From Eledone cirrhosa (lineage: Eukaryota), in the NCBI GenBank assembly GCA_964016885.1, contig OZ024741.1, forward strand, positions 216,132,001-216,196,000: a stretch of DNA of 64,000 bases, read 5' to 3'. The position numbers and the translations under genes are program-made. Of this stretch, positions 43,372 to 55,829 are shown piece after piece; within the stretch, counting starts at the first letter, position 1; every line of letters begins with the position of its first letter. A model generated the notes under the pieces. That model was not told the origin of the DNA. It worked only from the letters and a program-made list of their open reading frames with translations, and did not search any database.

Positions 43372-43451
<80 letters not shown>

Positions 43452-43452
43452 A

Positions 43453-43513
<61 letters not shown>

Positions 43514-43561
43514 TATACATATATGTATATATATCTATATATATCTATATATCTATATACA

Positions 43562-43643
<82 letters not shown>

Positions 43644-44040
43644 CTATATATATATATATACATAGTCATACTTGTGTGAGGTGGCGCGCGGGCGTGTGTG
43701 TACGCATCTGTATACAAAATTTACTTCAGTATGGTATAGCTAATGACAGACAACTACAGCAACAATTACAATGAGGGAGACACCAGAGAGGGAGGGAGAG
43801 AGAGAGCGAGAGAGTGAGAGAGAGGGTGAGAGTGAGTGAGAGAGAGACAAGAGAGGGGTGGAGGTAGAAGAGAGGGGTAGAGATAGAAGAGACGGGTAGA
43901 GATAGAAGAGAGAGTGAGAGAGAGATGAGGAGAAAAATATGACGAATTTGTATAATTTAATCCAAGATATTTTAGAAAGAGAGAAATAAATGGAACCGAC
44001 GCCATTAATGATGATAATAATAATAATAATAATAATGATT

Positions 44041-47000
44041 TCATTTATTGGCCACAAGGGCCGACATCAAGAAAAACATTACAGACGGCACAGGACGGTA
44101 CATGACGGGACGATGTGGGTTTTGTGCGTGTAAATATTTTTTATTATTTATATAACAAAAGAAGAAAAAAAGTTTATAGAAACATATATATATATATAAA
44201 GAATAAAAATGAAAATTGAAACAATGAAAAATTCCCCAATAGCGAGGAAACCTCCGAGGGTGACTCGTGGCGAAAACCACACAAAAGACCACGGCCACCC
44301 TGACCACCAGGGCAAGCGCCCTCTCTCAATTTTTCCATCTCTCAAACTACAAACGTATATTCAGAGTGGTCCCGTTCACTCGGACCATTCTCGCTACATT
44401 CACCCACCTTTCAACAAACTTGCTAGAAGGCAGCACTTGCCTCTCCACCCTGATTTTCCTCTTCAAGTGAAACTTGAAAAAGTTAATTAGGGATTCGCCG
44501 AAGAGGAAAGTGTCTGTCTTTAACCCTTTTAACCTTGTCCACCACACAATCTCTTTCGCCATGGCCACCAAGCAGATGAAAACCTCCTGCCCTTCCTCCT
44601 CGAAGGAAGAGGGCGAGACCATCTGCATAATGGACTCAGTCGACAACCGGATCAGTCCTACACGCGACAGTAACTGCTCCACAAGTCAGCAATGCTCGGG
44701 CACTGAACGAGTGCGTGGACGACGGTTTCGTCGCTCTGCGCGCATCTCGGACAGGCTCGGCTGACGGCACTTCCGTGCCAGTAGAGCTTATCTCGAACCG
44801 GCAGCGCTCCCCGGTAGCACTGCCAGGTCAGGGATTTATGGAAGTTATCCATAGGCCCTGGGCTGAAAGTTCTCCGGAAGAGAGCAAACAGCTGATCTTC
44901 TTCGATGCCCAGGATCTCTCCGAGAATGTCGTCGCTCTTCCCCACCACTAGTCCTCTATAGAACACCGAGGTGGATGTTCCACCGATACTGGTGCCCAGC
45001 TGGCAGAGGGCGGTGAGCGCCTGGAGACATTCCAGTTGCCAAGCGCTATCCCTCGGTCTTTTTCTGGCCCAGGACTGCAGCTCCGTCAAGGAGACGAGCT
45101 GTGGGAAAACGTGCCTGGCGAACGGCGACCACACCTGTTCAGCATCAAGGAAGCACCAGAGATGTCGCAGCCTCAGCGCATGTTTGCGCATCATCAGCCA
45201 TGGCATGCCCAGTCCTCCACGCAACGGGTGTTGACAGCGATGGATCGTCTGACCATGGGAGCGCGTCCCTTCCACAAAAAGCGGAAGAGGAGGCGCTCCA
45301 TTTTGGTGAGAGTTGGGCTGGAGCAAGGGACGACGGTGAGGCGGTAGCAGTTGACGGATGTGATGTACGCTTTCGCCACCTCCGCCCGGCCTTTCAGGGA
45401 CAGCTTCCTCTCGGCCCATTTCTGGGTGAGGGAGGGCACCCTGCTCGTCACCTCGTTCCAGTTTTTCTCCATCTGGAGGTCCTGTCCGAACCAGACCCCG
45501 AGCAATTTAACTGGTCCGTCCGTCCAACGCCTCACGACGCTGTCCGACGGCATGGACTTGCCTCTCCAGGTGCCTAGCTGCAAGCCCACCGACTTTTCCT
45601 GGTTTATCTTTGCTCCTGTCACCGCTTCGTATTCCTTGAGAGCGGTGCCGAGCATCTGGACGTGTCTGGTGCTCGACACCACCACGGTGACGTCGTCATC
45701 TTAAGCCGACTCGGATCCTAGTTCGCGTCGGACGCCCCTCATCGCTCCCAGTTTGTGAAGTAACGGCTCGAGAGCCAATACGTACAAGAGGGGCGAGAGG
45801 GGACAACCCTGGCGGACTGAGCGCATGATGCTGAACGGCTGCGACAGGTGACCGTTCACCCTCACAACTGAGCAGATGTTGCTGTACATCGCAGCGATCC
45901 AACGCCTGAAAACGGGCCCGAAACCGGCTGCCTCGAGGACTGCCTCCAGGTCCCGATGGTTGACCCTATCGAATGCTTTGGATTGATCCACGTTGATCAG
46001 GGCCCCACCCTTGCCAGGTTCCTTAACCATCCTCTCTATGATGTATCGCATGAGGTGGAGGTTGTTGTGTATGGATCTGTCCGGAATGGCGCATGTCTGC
46101 GCCTCTCCCCCGAGACCCTTGACGACAAGCGCCAACCTCGTTGCTAACACCTTGGCCAAAATCTTGAACTATGCGTTTAGCACGGTTATGGGCCCGAAAT
46201 TATCGATAACATCCCCCTTGTTCGGGTCTTTTCTCAGCAGCGCCACTGCCCCCCGGCTCACAAAACTGGGAATGCTCCCGTTCTGCTGCCAGTTGCAGTA
46301 GACGTCTGCCAAGAGGTCACCGAACAAGTCTGGTATAAATGCATAAAGCTCGTAGGGCAGACCATCCAAACCTGGCAATTTACCCCTTGTGCAGTTAGCC
46401 ATCGCTTCCCGTATTTCACCGGTTGTTATTGGCTTTTCGCAACACTGTGCTGCGGTCGTCGAGAGCCGAGGCAGTCCGTCGAGGTATGCACTGAAGTCCA
46501 TGCCCCGATCCGGGCCGCCGCTCCTGAACAGTTCAGCAAAGTGCTGCTGAAAAGCTTCACACATCTGCTCGGGTTCGAGCATCACGCACCCGTTTTGGTC
46601 AGACAAAGACCGAATTGTGGCTTTGTTGCCACGTCGCGCCTCTGCCACCCGGGCCCATTGGACGGCTTTTGTCCCCTCGTCTTTCAGAGCACGCGCTCTA
46701 GCTCTGACAACGCAGCCTTCGTGTTTTGCGTTGAAGAATTGGTCGAGTGCCAATCTCGCCGCAAGCACGTCGGTTGCGATGCCTGTCCTAAACGCCTCTT
46801 CTAGCTTTCTGACTAGCTCTCCCTCTATTTTCCTCTATCACTACTCCTTTGCTAAACTTAATCGACTCTACTTTAATTGCCCTTTTCAGGGCGAACCATC
46901 ACCTGTTGTTGAAGACCGCTCCCGTCAACGCCCGCTTAACTAATACGCTAATCTGGTCTCTGTAGGCTTTGCGCGCCGGGAAGACGCGTTCAGCTTCCAG

Positions 47001-49475
47001 TAACCAGGCCCTTGTCTATGAAGTCTGTCTATGTCGATCCCACAGATCACAAATTTGTGGTCTGTGTAGTCGACTATTTTAAATTGTGGACAACTTATAC
47101 TAGCCTTATCTAGTTCTCTGCAGAATACCCTATCTAGATACGATCTGGATGACCCAAAGCGGTTTGCCCATGTCCACATTCTCACATTCGGATAATCCAG
47201 TCGATACCTGTCAGACAGTTCAAAACGTCTGAGCAGGTTGGTGAGGCTTTTGCACCCTCCTCCCCTATCCACTAGCCCCACACGATCCCAGCGTGCATCC
47301 AAGATACCGTTCCAGTCGCCCACTAACACTAAAGAGCGGGACGTTCCAACAAAGGTCTCTAGACGTCTGAAGAAATCTGGCCGTCCTGCCCCTGTTGGGA
47401 CGTAGACAGCTACTAGCCTGAAAGCATTGCCTTCGCTGCCGGTCACGTCCAGCACCACCGACTTACCGTCTGAGTCTAGGAAGATGGCCCGTATCTCGCG
47501 ATACAAAGCCTCTCCGAAAAAAGACGGCAACCCCTCCACCCGATCCTGGACGGCTGGGAGATGCGTATACATCGTAGCCGCCGAAGATCGCTGCGAAGGC
47601 TCGTGCTTCGGAGATTCTGGTTTCACTGATGGCCACCACATCTATATTTAGTGACCTGAGGTCGTTGAGCAGGTGACCCTGCTTTCAAGATGACCCCCAG
47701 GCCACGTGCATTTATACTGCCTATTCTGAGTACGGCCATGTTGGATGAGAAACGGGGCAAGTGAGAAAGGGTCACTTACCTTGAGCCTGTGGTAAAGGGA
47801 CAGTAGAACCGTCCCTTTCGCTGGTCATGAGTGTTTCCAAGAGGATGTCAGTGTATATCCTCTTGGTAACCGACCCTCTGAAGTCTCCAACTGCGTTGGG
47901 GAATTTTTGTTTTAAAGGTTTGTACTGTTCTATTGAGATTTCGATGATGCTTATGTTTATCGGGAGAGTTCTTGGTGTTGGTGGTGTGTAGTCGTTTTCT
48001 TCTGTGATGTCTGTGTGCGGCTTTATATATTGTATGAGTTTTTTTTTTTTGTGTACTTTTTGGGGGGAGGGGTGATTGTTTTACTGTTTTCTTCTTGTTG
48101 CTGTTTGGTGTGTGTGTCTTGTTGTGTTTGCGTTGCTGGTGTTTTTGGTGATGCTGGTGGTGGTGTGGTTGTTGTCAGTGGTACTTGTGGTGGTGATGGT
48201 GGTGGTGTTGCTGCAAGTTTCCTTGCTGCCTTTACCCCTCTTTGTATGCCTTCGCTTTTGGAGGGTGAATCTTAGGGTTTTTTTCTTTTTTGTTTTTTTG
48301 TGGCAGACCGTTTGCCTCTTCACTCCCGCCTTAAACTCCATGTCGGATTCTGTGGCGTCTGGGAGGGGTATGTGCTCCACGGCTGTTGGTGGTGGTAGTG
48401 GAGCCCTCTTCGGCAATTTTGTTGCTGGTGTAGCCATTCAAATGTAGCTATTGGTGTTGCCGCCACTGATGATGCTGCCTTAGGTGTCCGTGGCCTTGGT
48501 ACGGGTGCTACGGACGTTGTCCTCCTACTCACCGTGGTAGGGGCTTCTTCGTTTGTTGCCTGCCTTGATCTTGGTGGCAGCGGACCAGGTATTGGAAGGA
48601 GAGGGGCCTTCTTCGCTGTCTTCTGCGGGAAAAAGGCCCTGAGGTGACCCTTCACCCACAGAGATAACATTTTGGCCGTCTTCCTTCTGTACTTATTGAT
48701 GTCTATGATATCGGGAATAGCGTCGATACATTCCTGGTCAGTTTGTATAAGCATTTGCATGCCTATACCTGACCAGTTCTCTCTCCCTATTTTTTCTACT
48801 TGCAGTTTGGTCGTCCTGTTCTCGCTTCCAGCAAGGACAGACGCGGCCAGCCACAAATTTCTGCCCGCAGTAGGAGAGCACCGAGACTATCTAATCACTC
48901 TTTAGGGTTTCCAAAGAGTGAGACTTTGCTTCCTGGGGGGTGGCGAAAAGTACGTCTACTATGGTGTACTTTCTGCCTCGGGTGATGTGGGTTTTGCGTG
49001 CCCTGACGCACCCCAAGGCCTTTTGGATTTGAGCCTCGATGGCTCTCTCCACCCGATGTGAGATTTTGCTTACGGTGCGGTAAGTCACCGTCCGTAGCTG
49101 CTGGTCCTTGAAAAAATCGGGTGGAGGTTTCAGGGAGACTCTATTTTCCCTTCTTGTCACCATGGCCTTTGCGACTGCCATCTCCTCCTCTGTGACTAAC
49201 ACTGTCTCGATATTTCGGGCGACACCTGCAAAAGAAGTGGTCCCTTTTTCAGCAGCACCACTATTGCTGCCGCTACTGGTCTTACTGGTGGTGCTGATAT
49301 TGCTATTACAGCTATCGGTGTCATTGTTGTTGTTTTCGTTGGTATAGTTGTTGGTGTTGTTGTTGTTGTTTTCGTTGATACTGTTGCTGTTGTTACTGTT
49401 ATTGTGGCTGTTGTTATTATTGTTGTTTTTTGTTGATACTGTTCCTACTATTATTACTGTTGTAGCTGTTGTTTA
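44041..49475 (-). mobile_element. Tx1/L1-clade retrotransposon copy A, nearly full length, decayed
   Basis: ORF1 remnants about 47775-49470. ORF2 47739-44347 has APE (LVGDWN, SYLDRVF, TDHK), RT (PGLDGLP, DQSKAFDRV, RQGCPLSP) and C-terminal CPRC..DETVVHALVQC. 3'UTR is followed by an (ATT)n tail. Confidence 0.95.
44347..47739 (-). pseudogene. ORF2 APE endonuclease-reverse transcriptase, multiple frameshifts; YADD region disrupted at about 45700
   Basis: ORF-track segments 46940-47641, 46169-46768, 45701-46159, 45194-45685, 44658-45419 and 44347-44682. Confidence 0.92.
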
Positions 49476-49479
49476 ATGC

Positions 49480-52400
49480 TTTCTTTATTAACCACAAGGG
49501 TTTACATAAAGTAGACATTAAGGACAGTACAGGACAATACAGGACGGTACAAATGGGCATTTCTGCGTGTAAAAAAACAAAAACAGAGGATGTAACAAAA
49601 AAATAACAATGAAAAATTCCCCAATAGGGGGGAGACTTCCGAGGGATATTTGTGGAGAAAGCCCATTAAAAGGCCACCAGGGAACCTGACCACCAGGGCA
49701 AGTGCCCTCTCCCAGTTTTCCACCTTTAATTTACAGACACATACTCAGAGTAGGCCCATTCACTCGGGCCATACTTGCTTCTCTCACCCATCTTTCAACA
49801 AAATGCTGGGAAGAGAGCACTTCCCTCTCTACCCTGATTTTCCTTTTCAAATGAAATTTGAAAATGTTAATCAGGGCATCACCGAAGAGGTAAGTGCTCG
49901 TTTCAGCCCTTTCAAACGTGTCCACCATACTATCTCTTTCGCCATGGCCACCAGACAGATAAAAACTGCCTGCCCTTCCCGACTAAAGGAAGAGGGCGGG
50001 GCAATCCTCACGATGGACTCAGCTGATAGCTGAATCCGTCCTACACGTGACAGCAGGTGTTCGACATAAACCCACAAGTCAGCAATGCTCGGACACTGGA
50101 CGAGTGCGTGCAGGACGGTTTCGTCGCCCTGTGCGCATCTCGGACATGCCCGGCTGACGGCACCTCCATGCCTGTAGAGTTTATCCCGAACTGGCAAAGC
50201 TCCTCGGTAGCACTGCCAGGCCAGGGATTTCTGGAAGTTGTCCATAGGCCCCGGCCCGAAAGTTCTTCCGAAGAGATTGGCTAGTTGATTTTCGTCGACG
50301 CCTAGAGTTTCTCCAAGTACGTCGTCGCTCTTCCCCTCCATTAATCCTCTATAGAGCGCCAAGGTGGAGTTTCCACCGATCACATTGCCCGATTGGTCGA
50401 GGGCTGTGAGCGCCTGAAGACATTCCAGTCTCCAAGCGCTCCCTCTCGGTCTTCGCTTGACCCAGGACTGCAGCTCCGTCAAGGAGACGAGCTGGGGAAA
50501 GACGCGTCTAGTAAACGGCGACCACACCTGATAACCGTCGAGGAAGAGGTGGAGATGTCGTAGCCTGAGCGCGTGTCTGCGCATCATCAGCCACGACATG
50601 CCCAGCCCTCCACGTAGCGGGTATTGACAGCAAATGGACCGCCTGACCATCGGAGCGCGTCCCTTCCGCAAAAAGCGAAAGAGCAAACGCTCCAGCGCAG
50701 TCAGGCGGGGCTTAGGACATGGTACGACGGTCAGGCGCTAGTAGATGACGGACGCGATGTACGCGTTAGCCACCTCCGCTCGACCTTTCAGGTATAGCTT
50801 CCTCTCCGCCCATTTCTGGGTGAGAGAAACCACCCTGCTCGTCACCTCGTCCCAGTTTTTGTCCGTCTGGAGGTCCGGACCGAACCAGACCCCTAGCATT
50901 TAACCGGACGTCCGTCCAGCGCCCGACGACGCTGTTGGACGTTATGGACCTGCCTCTCCAGGTGCCGAGCTGCAGGCCCACTGACTTTTCCTGGTTGATC
51001 ATTGCTCCTGTCACCGCTTTGTATTCTCTTAGTGTAGTGCCGATCGCCTCAATGTGTTTGGCCTTCGTCACCACTACGGTGACATCGTCCGCATATGCTG
51101 ACACGGATCTTCCGCATCCTAGTTCGCGCGGGATCTCCCTCAACGTCTCCAATTTGTGCAGTAATGGCTCGAGTGTCAATACGTTCAAGATGGACGAGAG
51201 GGGACATCCTTGGCAGATGTTGCTGCGCATGGCAGCGATCCAGCCTCTGAAGACGGGCCCAAAGCCAGCCGCCCTCAGGACTACCGCTAGGTAACGATGG
51301 TCGACCCTATCGAAAGCTTTCGACTGATCTAAATTAATCAAGGACCCACCCGTGCCAGGTTCCCTAGCTACCCTATCTACGATGTATCGCATGAGGTGGA
51401 GGTTGTCGTGGATGGATCTGTCCGGAATGGCGCATGTCTGCGCCTCTCCCACCAGACCACCAACGACAAGCGCCAACCTCTTTGCTAGCTCCTTGGCCAA
51501 AATCTTGAACTCTGTGTTTAGCAGAGTTATGGACCTGAAATTATCTATGTTATCCCCCTTGTTCGGATCCTTTCTCAGCAGCGCCACCGCTCCTCGGCTC
51601 ACAGAGCTGGGAATTCTCCCGTTCTGTTGCCAGTTGCAGTAGACGTCCGCCAAGAGGCCTCCGAATAAGGCTGGCATCTGTACGTAAAGTTCATAGGGCA
51701 GACCATCCAAACCAGGCGATTTACTCCTTGTACAGCTAGTCATTGCCTCCCGTAATTCAGCGGCTGTTATCGGCTTTTCGCAACACTCCGCCTCAGTGGC
51801 CGTCGAGGTAGTCACTAAAGTCCATCCCTCGATCCGGCCCGCCGCTGCCGCCGAACAGCTGTGCAAAGTGTCGCTTAATAGCTTCACACATTTGCCCGGG
51901 ATCGAGTAGCATGCGCCCGTCGTGGTCCACCAAAGACCGGATCGTGGCTTTGTTGCCACGACGCGCCTCCGCCACTCGGGCCCATTGAACGGCTTTCGTC
52001 CCCTCGTGCCTATCCTTCCTGGAGTCTCTGTTGCAGCTGCAGTTGGTATTACTGTTGTTGTTGTTGTTAATAATTCCACTGCTGCTGCTGTTCTTGATTT
52101 CCGTGGCATGGGTAAGAGTGCCACGGACCTATCCTTCCTGGTTGCCGCCTGTCCTGTTGCTGGTAGCAGTGGAGCCGGTTTCGGAAGGAGGGGGTTTTCT
52201 CCTTTCTCAGGGTCTTCTCGTTGCAGAAGGCCCTGAGGAGAGTCTTCGATCCACAGCGAAAGCATTTCGGGCGTTTGCCATCAACACTTATGGGCAGTTG
52301 AGTGCCGTTATCGAAGTCTATCACATCCGGGATAGCTTCGATGCACTCCTGGTTGGTTTGGATTAGCATCTCAATGGAGGTGCCGACCCAATCTACTCGT

Positions 52401-53005
52401 ACTTTTTTCTGTACTTGCAGTACAGTTGTTTTGTCCTCGATTCCGACGAGGACAGACACGGCCAGCCAAGAAGGGACCATCCCGGGGGGGGGGGGGTCAG
52501 TTTGACGCTCACAATTTTTTGTCCGCAGTAGGAGGGCCCCAACACCATTTCCTCGCTCCTTAGAGTCACTAAGGATTGAGCCTTTGCCTCCTGGGGTGTG
52601 GCAAAAAGCACGTCCACGGTGGCATATTTCTTGCCTCGGGTGATATGCGTTTTCCGCTGCCACACAGACCCTAAGGCTTTTTGTATTTGAGCCTCTGTGG
52701 CTCTTTCAACCCTACGGGATTTTGTGCTTACTGTACGGTGCGTGACCGTACAGTGCCGTTGGGTTTCGAAAATGTTTTCGGCTGCCTTGCAGATTGCTCG
52801 GTGTCCGGTTTTCCTCACCATCTTCTTTGCTTCCTGTAATTCCTCATTTGTTATAAGGATGGTTTCCAGGTTCTTTGCGATACCTGCAAACGAGATTGGT
52901 TTTTCTTTCTTCTTGTTGTTGTTGTTGTTGTCGTCAGAGCTGCTGTTACTTTTGTTGTTGCTGCTGGTACTACGACTGCCGCCGCCGCTGTTGCTGTGGT
53001 TGTTG

Positions 53006-53036
<31 letters not shown>

Positions 53037-53050
53037 TGTTGTTGTTGCTG
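49480..53050 (-). mobile_element. Tx1/L1-clade retrotransposon copy B, internally deleted (no APE domain)
   Basis: RT with SAYADDV, DQSKAFDRVDH and C-terminal zinc finger; ORF1 with KCFRCG; ORF1 joined to ORF2 at about 52008; 3' end ttctttattaaccacaaggg. Confidence 0.93.
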
Positions 53051-55825
53051 TTGAAATTATTTGGTATAAAAGCGAGAGGAAACAACAAACAAGAAAGATC
53101 AGAAACTTGGTGGAAGAAACGACTGAATGGTCAAATCAGGGAAATGAGAAATCTCATTGGAAAGCTTGAGTCCTTACTGAATGGGACACTACAAAACATA
53201 GACACTAAAAATAGACTGGAAATAAAGTACAAAACTAGGAGGAACAAGCTAAATATTATCATAGAGGAACTGAAGCAACGCATTGTAGCAAAGAGTCCAA
53301 AGATTAGGCGATACGAGAGCAGAGTCAGTCAGTATAGACAGAACTGCATGTTTGACAACAACCAGAAGGTGTTGTTTGGACAGCTTGAAGGGAAAGAAAG
53401 AGGCAACGACTTGATCCCTGAGGCGGAACAGACTAAGATCATTCTGGAGAGGAATATGGGAGCAGGATGTTAAACATAATGATCAGGCAGTGTGGATTGA
53501 GAGGGTACAAAAGGAGATTAGTGAACAGGCACACCAACAAACTGATTTGAGTATCACAGTTGAAACTCTTAAGGGGCATGCCAAAAACTAACCAACTGGA
53601 AATCACCAGACCCAGATGGTGTGCTGGGTTATTGGATTAAAAATATAACATCCCTCCACCCGAAACTGACAACCATGTTCAATGACTGCTTGATGTCAGG
53701 TGAGGTACCAGAGTGGTTGACAAAAGGTACCACAGTTCTGGTAATGAAAGACCGAATCAAGGGTAATGATGTTACCATCTATAGACCTATCACATGTCTG
53801 TCCGTAATGTGGAAACTGTTAACAAGCATTGTGTCTGAGGAAATCTACCATCACCTCCACATAAACAACTTGTTACCGGACGAACAGAAAGGATGCCGAA
53901 AGAAGTCCCGTGGTACAAAGCACCAGTTACTTATTGATAAGATGGTAATGAGGAATTGCAAGAGGAGACACACTGGTCTTGCCATGGGATGGATAGACTA
54001 CAAAAAGGCATTCGACATGGTACCTCATTCTTGGATAACCAAAAGCCTAGAGATCTTCAAGGTGGCAGATAGCATTAGACAGTTGTTGAGCAAAAGTCTG
54101 AAGTCCTGGAAAACAGAGTTAACATCGGGTGGAGAATCCTTGGGAGGCGTGAAGATCAAGAGAGGAATCTTCCAGGGAGATAGTTTGTCCCCTCTGTTGT
54201 TTGTCCTTGCCCTGATCCCCCTGACCATTATATTGCAAAAAGTGTGAGCAGGATACAAGTTGGGAAAGGGAGAGCTTACCATCAATCACCTCCTCTTCAT
54301 GGACGATGTTAAGCTCTTCGGGAAGAATGAAAAGGAGTTGGATGTGCTTGTTGACACTGTCCGTATTTTCAGCAATGATATATGTATGCAATTTGGTATT
54401 AGTAAGTGTGGAGTCCTAGTGATGGAGAGGGGTAAATTGAGCAGAAGCAACAGAATCCAGATACCAACAGGTGAGATGATAAAGGAAATTGACCCTGAAG
54501 AAGGATACAAATATTTAGGTGTTCTGGAGGCAGATGACATCAAGAACAAAAAGATGAAGGAATTGATAAGATCTGAATACATTCGGAGAGTAAGGAGCGT
54601 ATTAAAATCACGTCTGAACACGCCATAAGTGCAGTAAATTCCCGAGCTGTGTCTATTATTAGGTACAGTGTGTAGATTCTGAGATGGAATGTTGCTGAAC
54701 AAAAAGAAATGGATAGGAAAACTAGGAAGCTATTGACTATCTACAACATGTTCCACAAGAGGAGTGATGTCGATAGACTCTACTTAAGGAGATCTGAAGG
54801 TGGAAGAGGTCTTATCAGCATAGAGGACTGTGTTCAGATGGAGAAAAACAACCATCACAAATACGTAACTGATAGTAGGGAGCCAATGCTCAGAATTGTA
54901 CTGAAAGAGAGGCCAATAGACCAGGGGATGTCCAAGGAGGAAATAACAACAAGGAGGAAGAGCAACCTTCATGAAAAATCCTTTTATAGTACATTCTTTG
55001 AGAAAACTGAATTTAGAGATCCACTGAGATTGAACTGGTTGAAAAGAGGAAACCTTAAAAAGGCTACAGAAGGAATGCTAATGGCTGCGCAAAAGCAGGC
55101 CCTCAAAACGAAGTGGCTGAAACACCATATTTACAAGGAGGAGTCTAGCCCACTGTGTAGGATCTGTGGAGAGAGAGAGGAGACTGTGGCACACATTGTA
55201 TCCGAGAGTAAACACCTAGCCCAGACTCACTATAAAGGCTGGAGACATGATGTGATGGGCAGAGTGATCCACTGGCACCTATGCAAAGTAAACAATTTAC
55301 CACATTCTGAGAAGTGTTATGAGCATAAGCCAGAGTCGGTGATAGAAAACGATCAGGTGAAGGTGCTGTGGGATTTTAGGATACAGACGGACAAGAAACT
55401 GGAACACAATAGACCTGACCTGGTGGTTTTGGACAAGGAAAAAAGATCGTGCCTGATTGTGGATGTGGCCTGCCCCTTCGACACGAGAGTGCAAGAGAAG
55501 AAGAGGAAGAAAATTAACCGTTACCAGGACTTAAAGTGGGAGGTAAAAAGGATTTGGAACTGCCATGAAGTCAGAGTGGTCCCGATTGTCATAGGCGCAC
55601 TAGGTACTATCTCAAAGAGTTTGCAAGGATGGTTAAAGAAAATTGGTCCCGCCCCGCTTTTTGGAACACTTCAAAAGGCATACTGGCTGGGAACAGCAAG
55701 AACCCTCCGATACGTCCTGAATATCTGAGGCTGCAGGTAGTGGCTTGATATTCATTTCAACAAATTTTCCAATTAAATAACATCAATGACTGAGACTCAA
55801 ACAATAATAATAATAAAAATAATAA
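53050..55825 (+). mobile_element. R4/Dong-clade non-LTR retrotransposon copy 1, 5'-truncated, decayed
   Basis: YRPITCL, IDYKKAFDMVPH, GIFQGDSLSP, HLLFMDD, CRIC..EETVAHIVS, RHD, NRPD..IVDVACP restriction-like endonuclease; (AAT)n tail at about 55803-55825. Confidence 0.9.
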
Positions 55826-55829
55826 ATTG

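Noticed and set aside
52697-53473. 258-aa chimeric ORF
   Set aside because: Antisense of Tx1 ORF1 reading through a microsatellite into a truncated Dong ORF; incidental.
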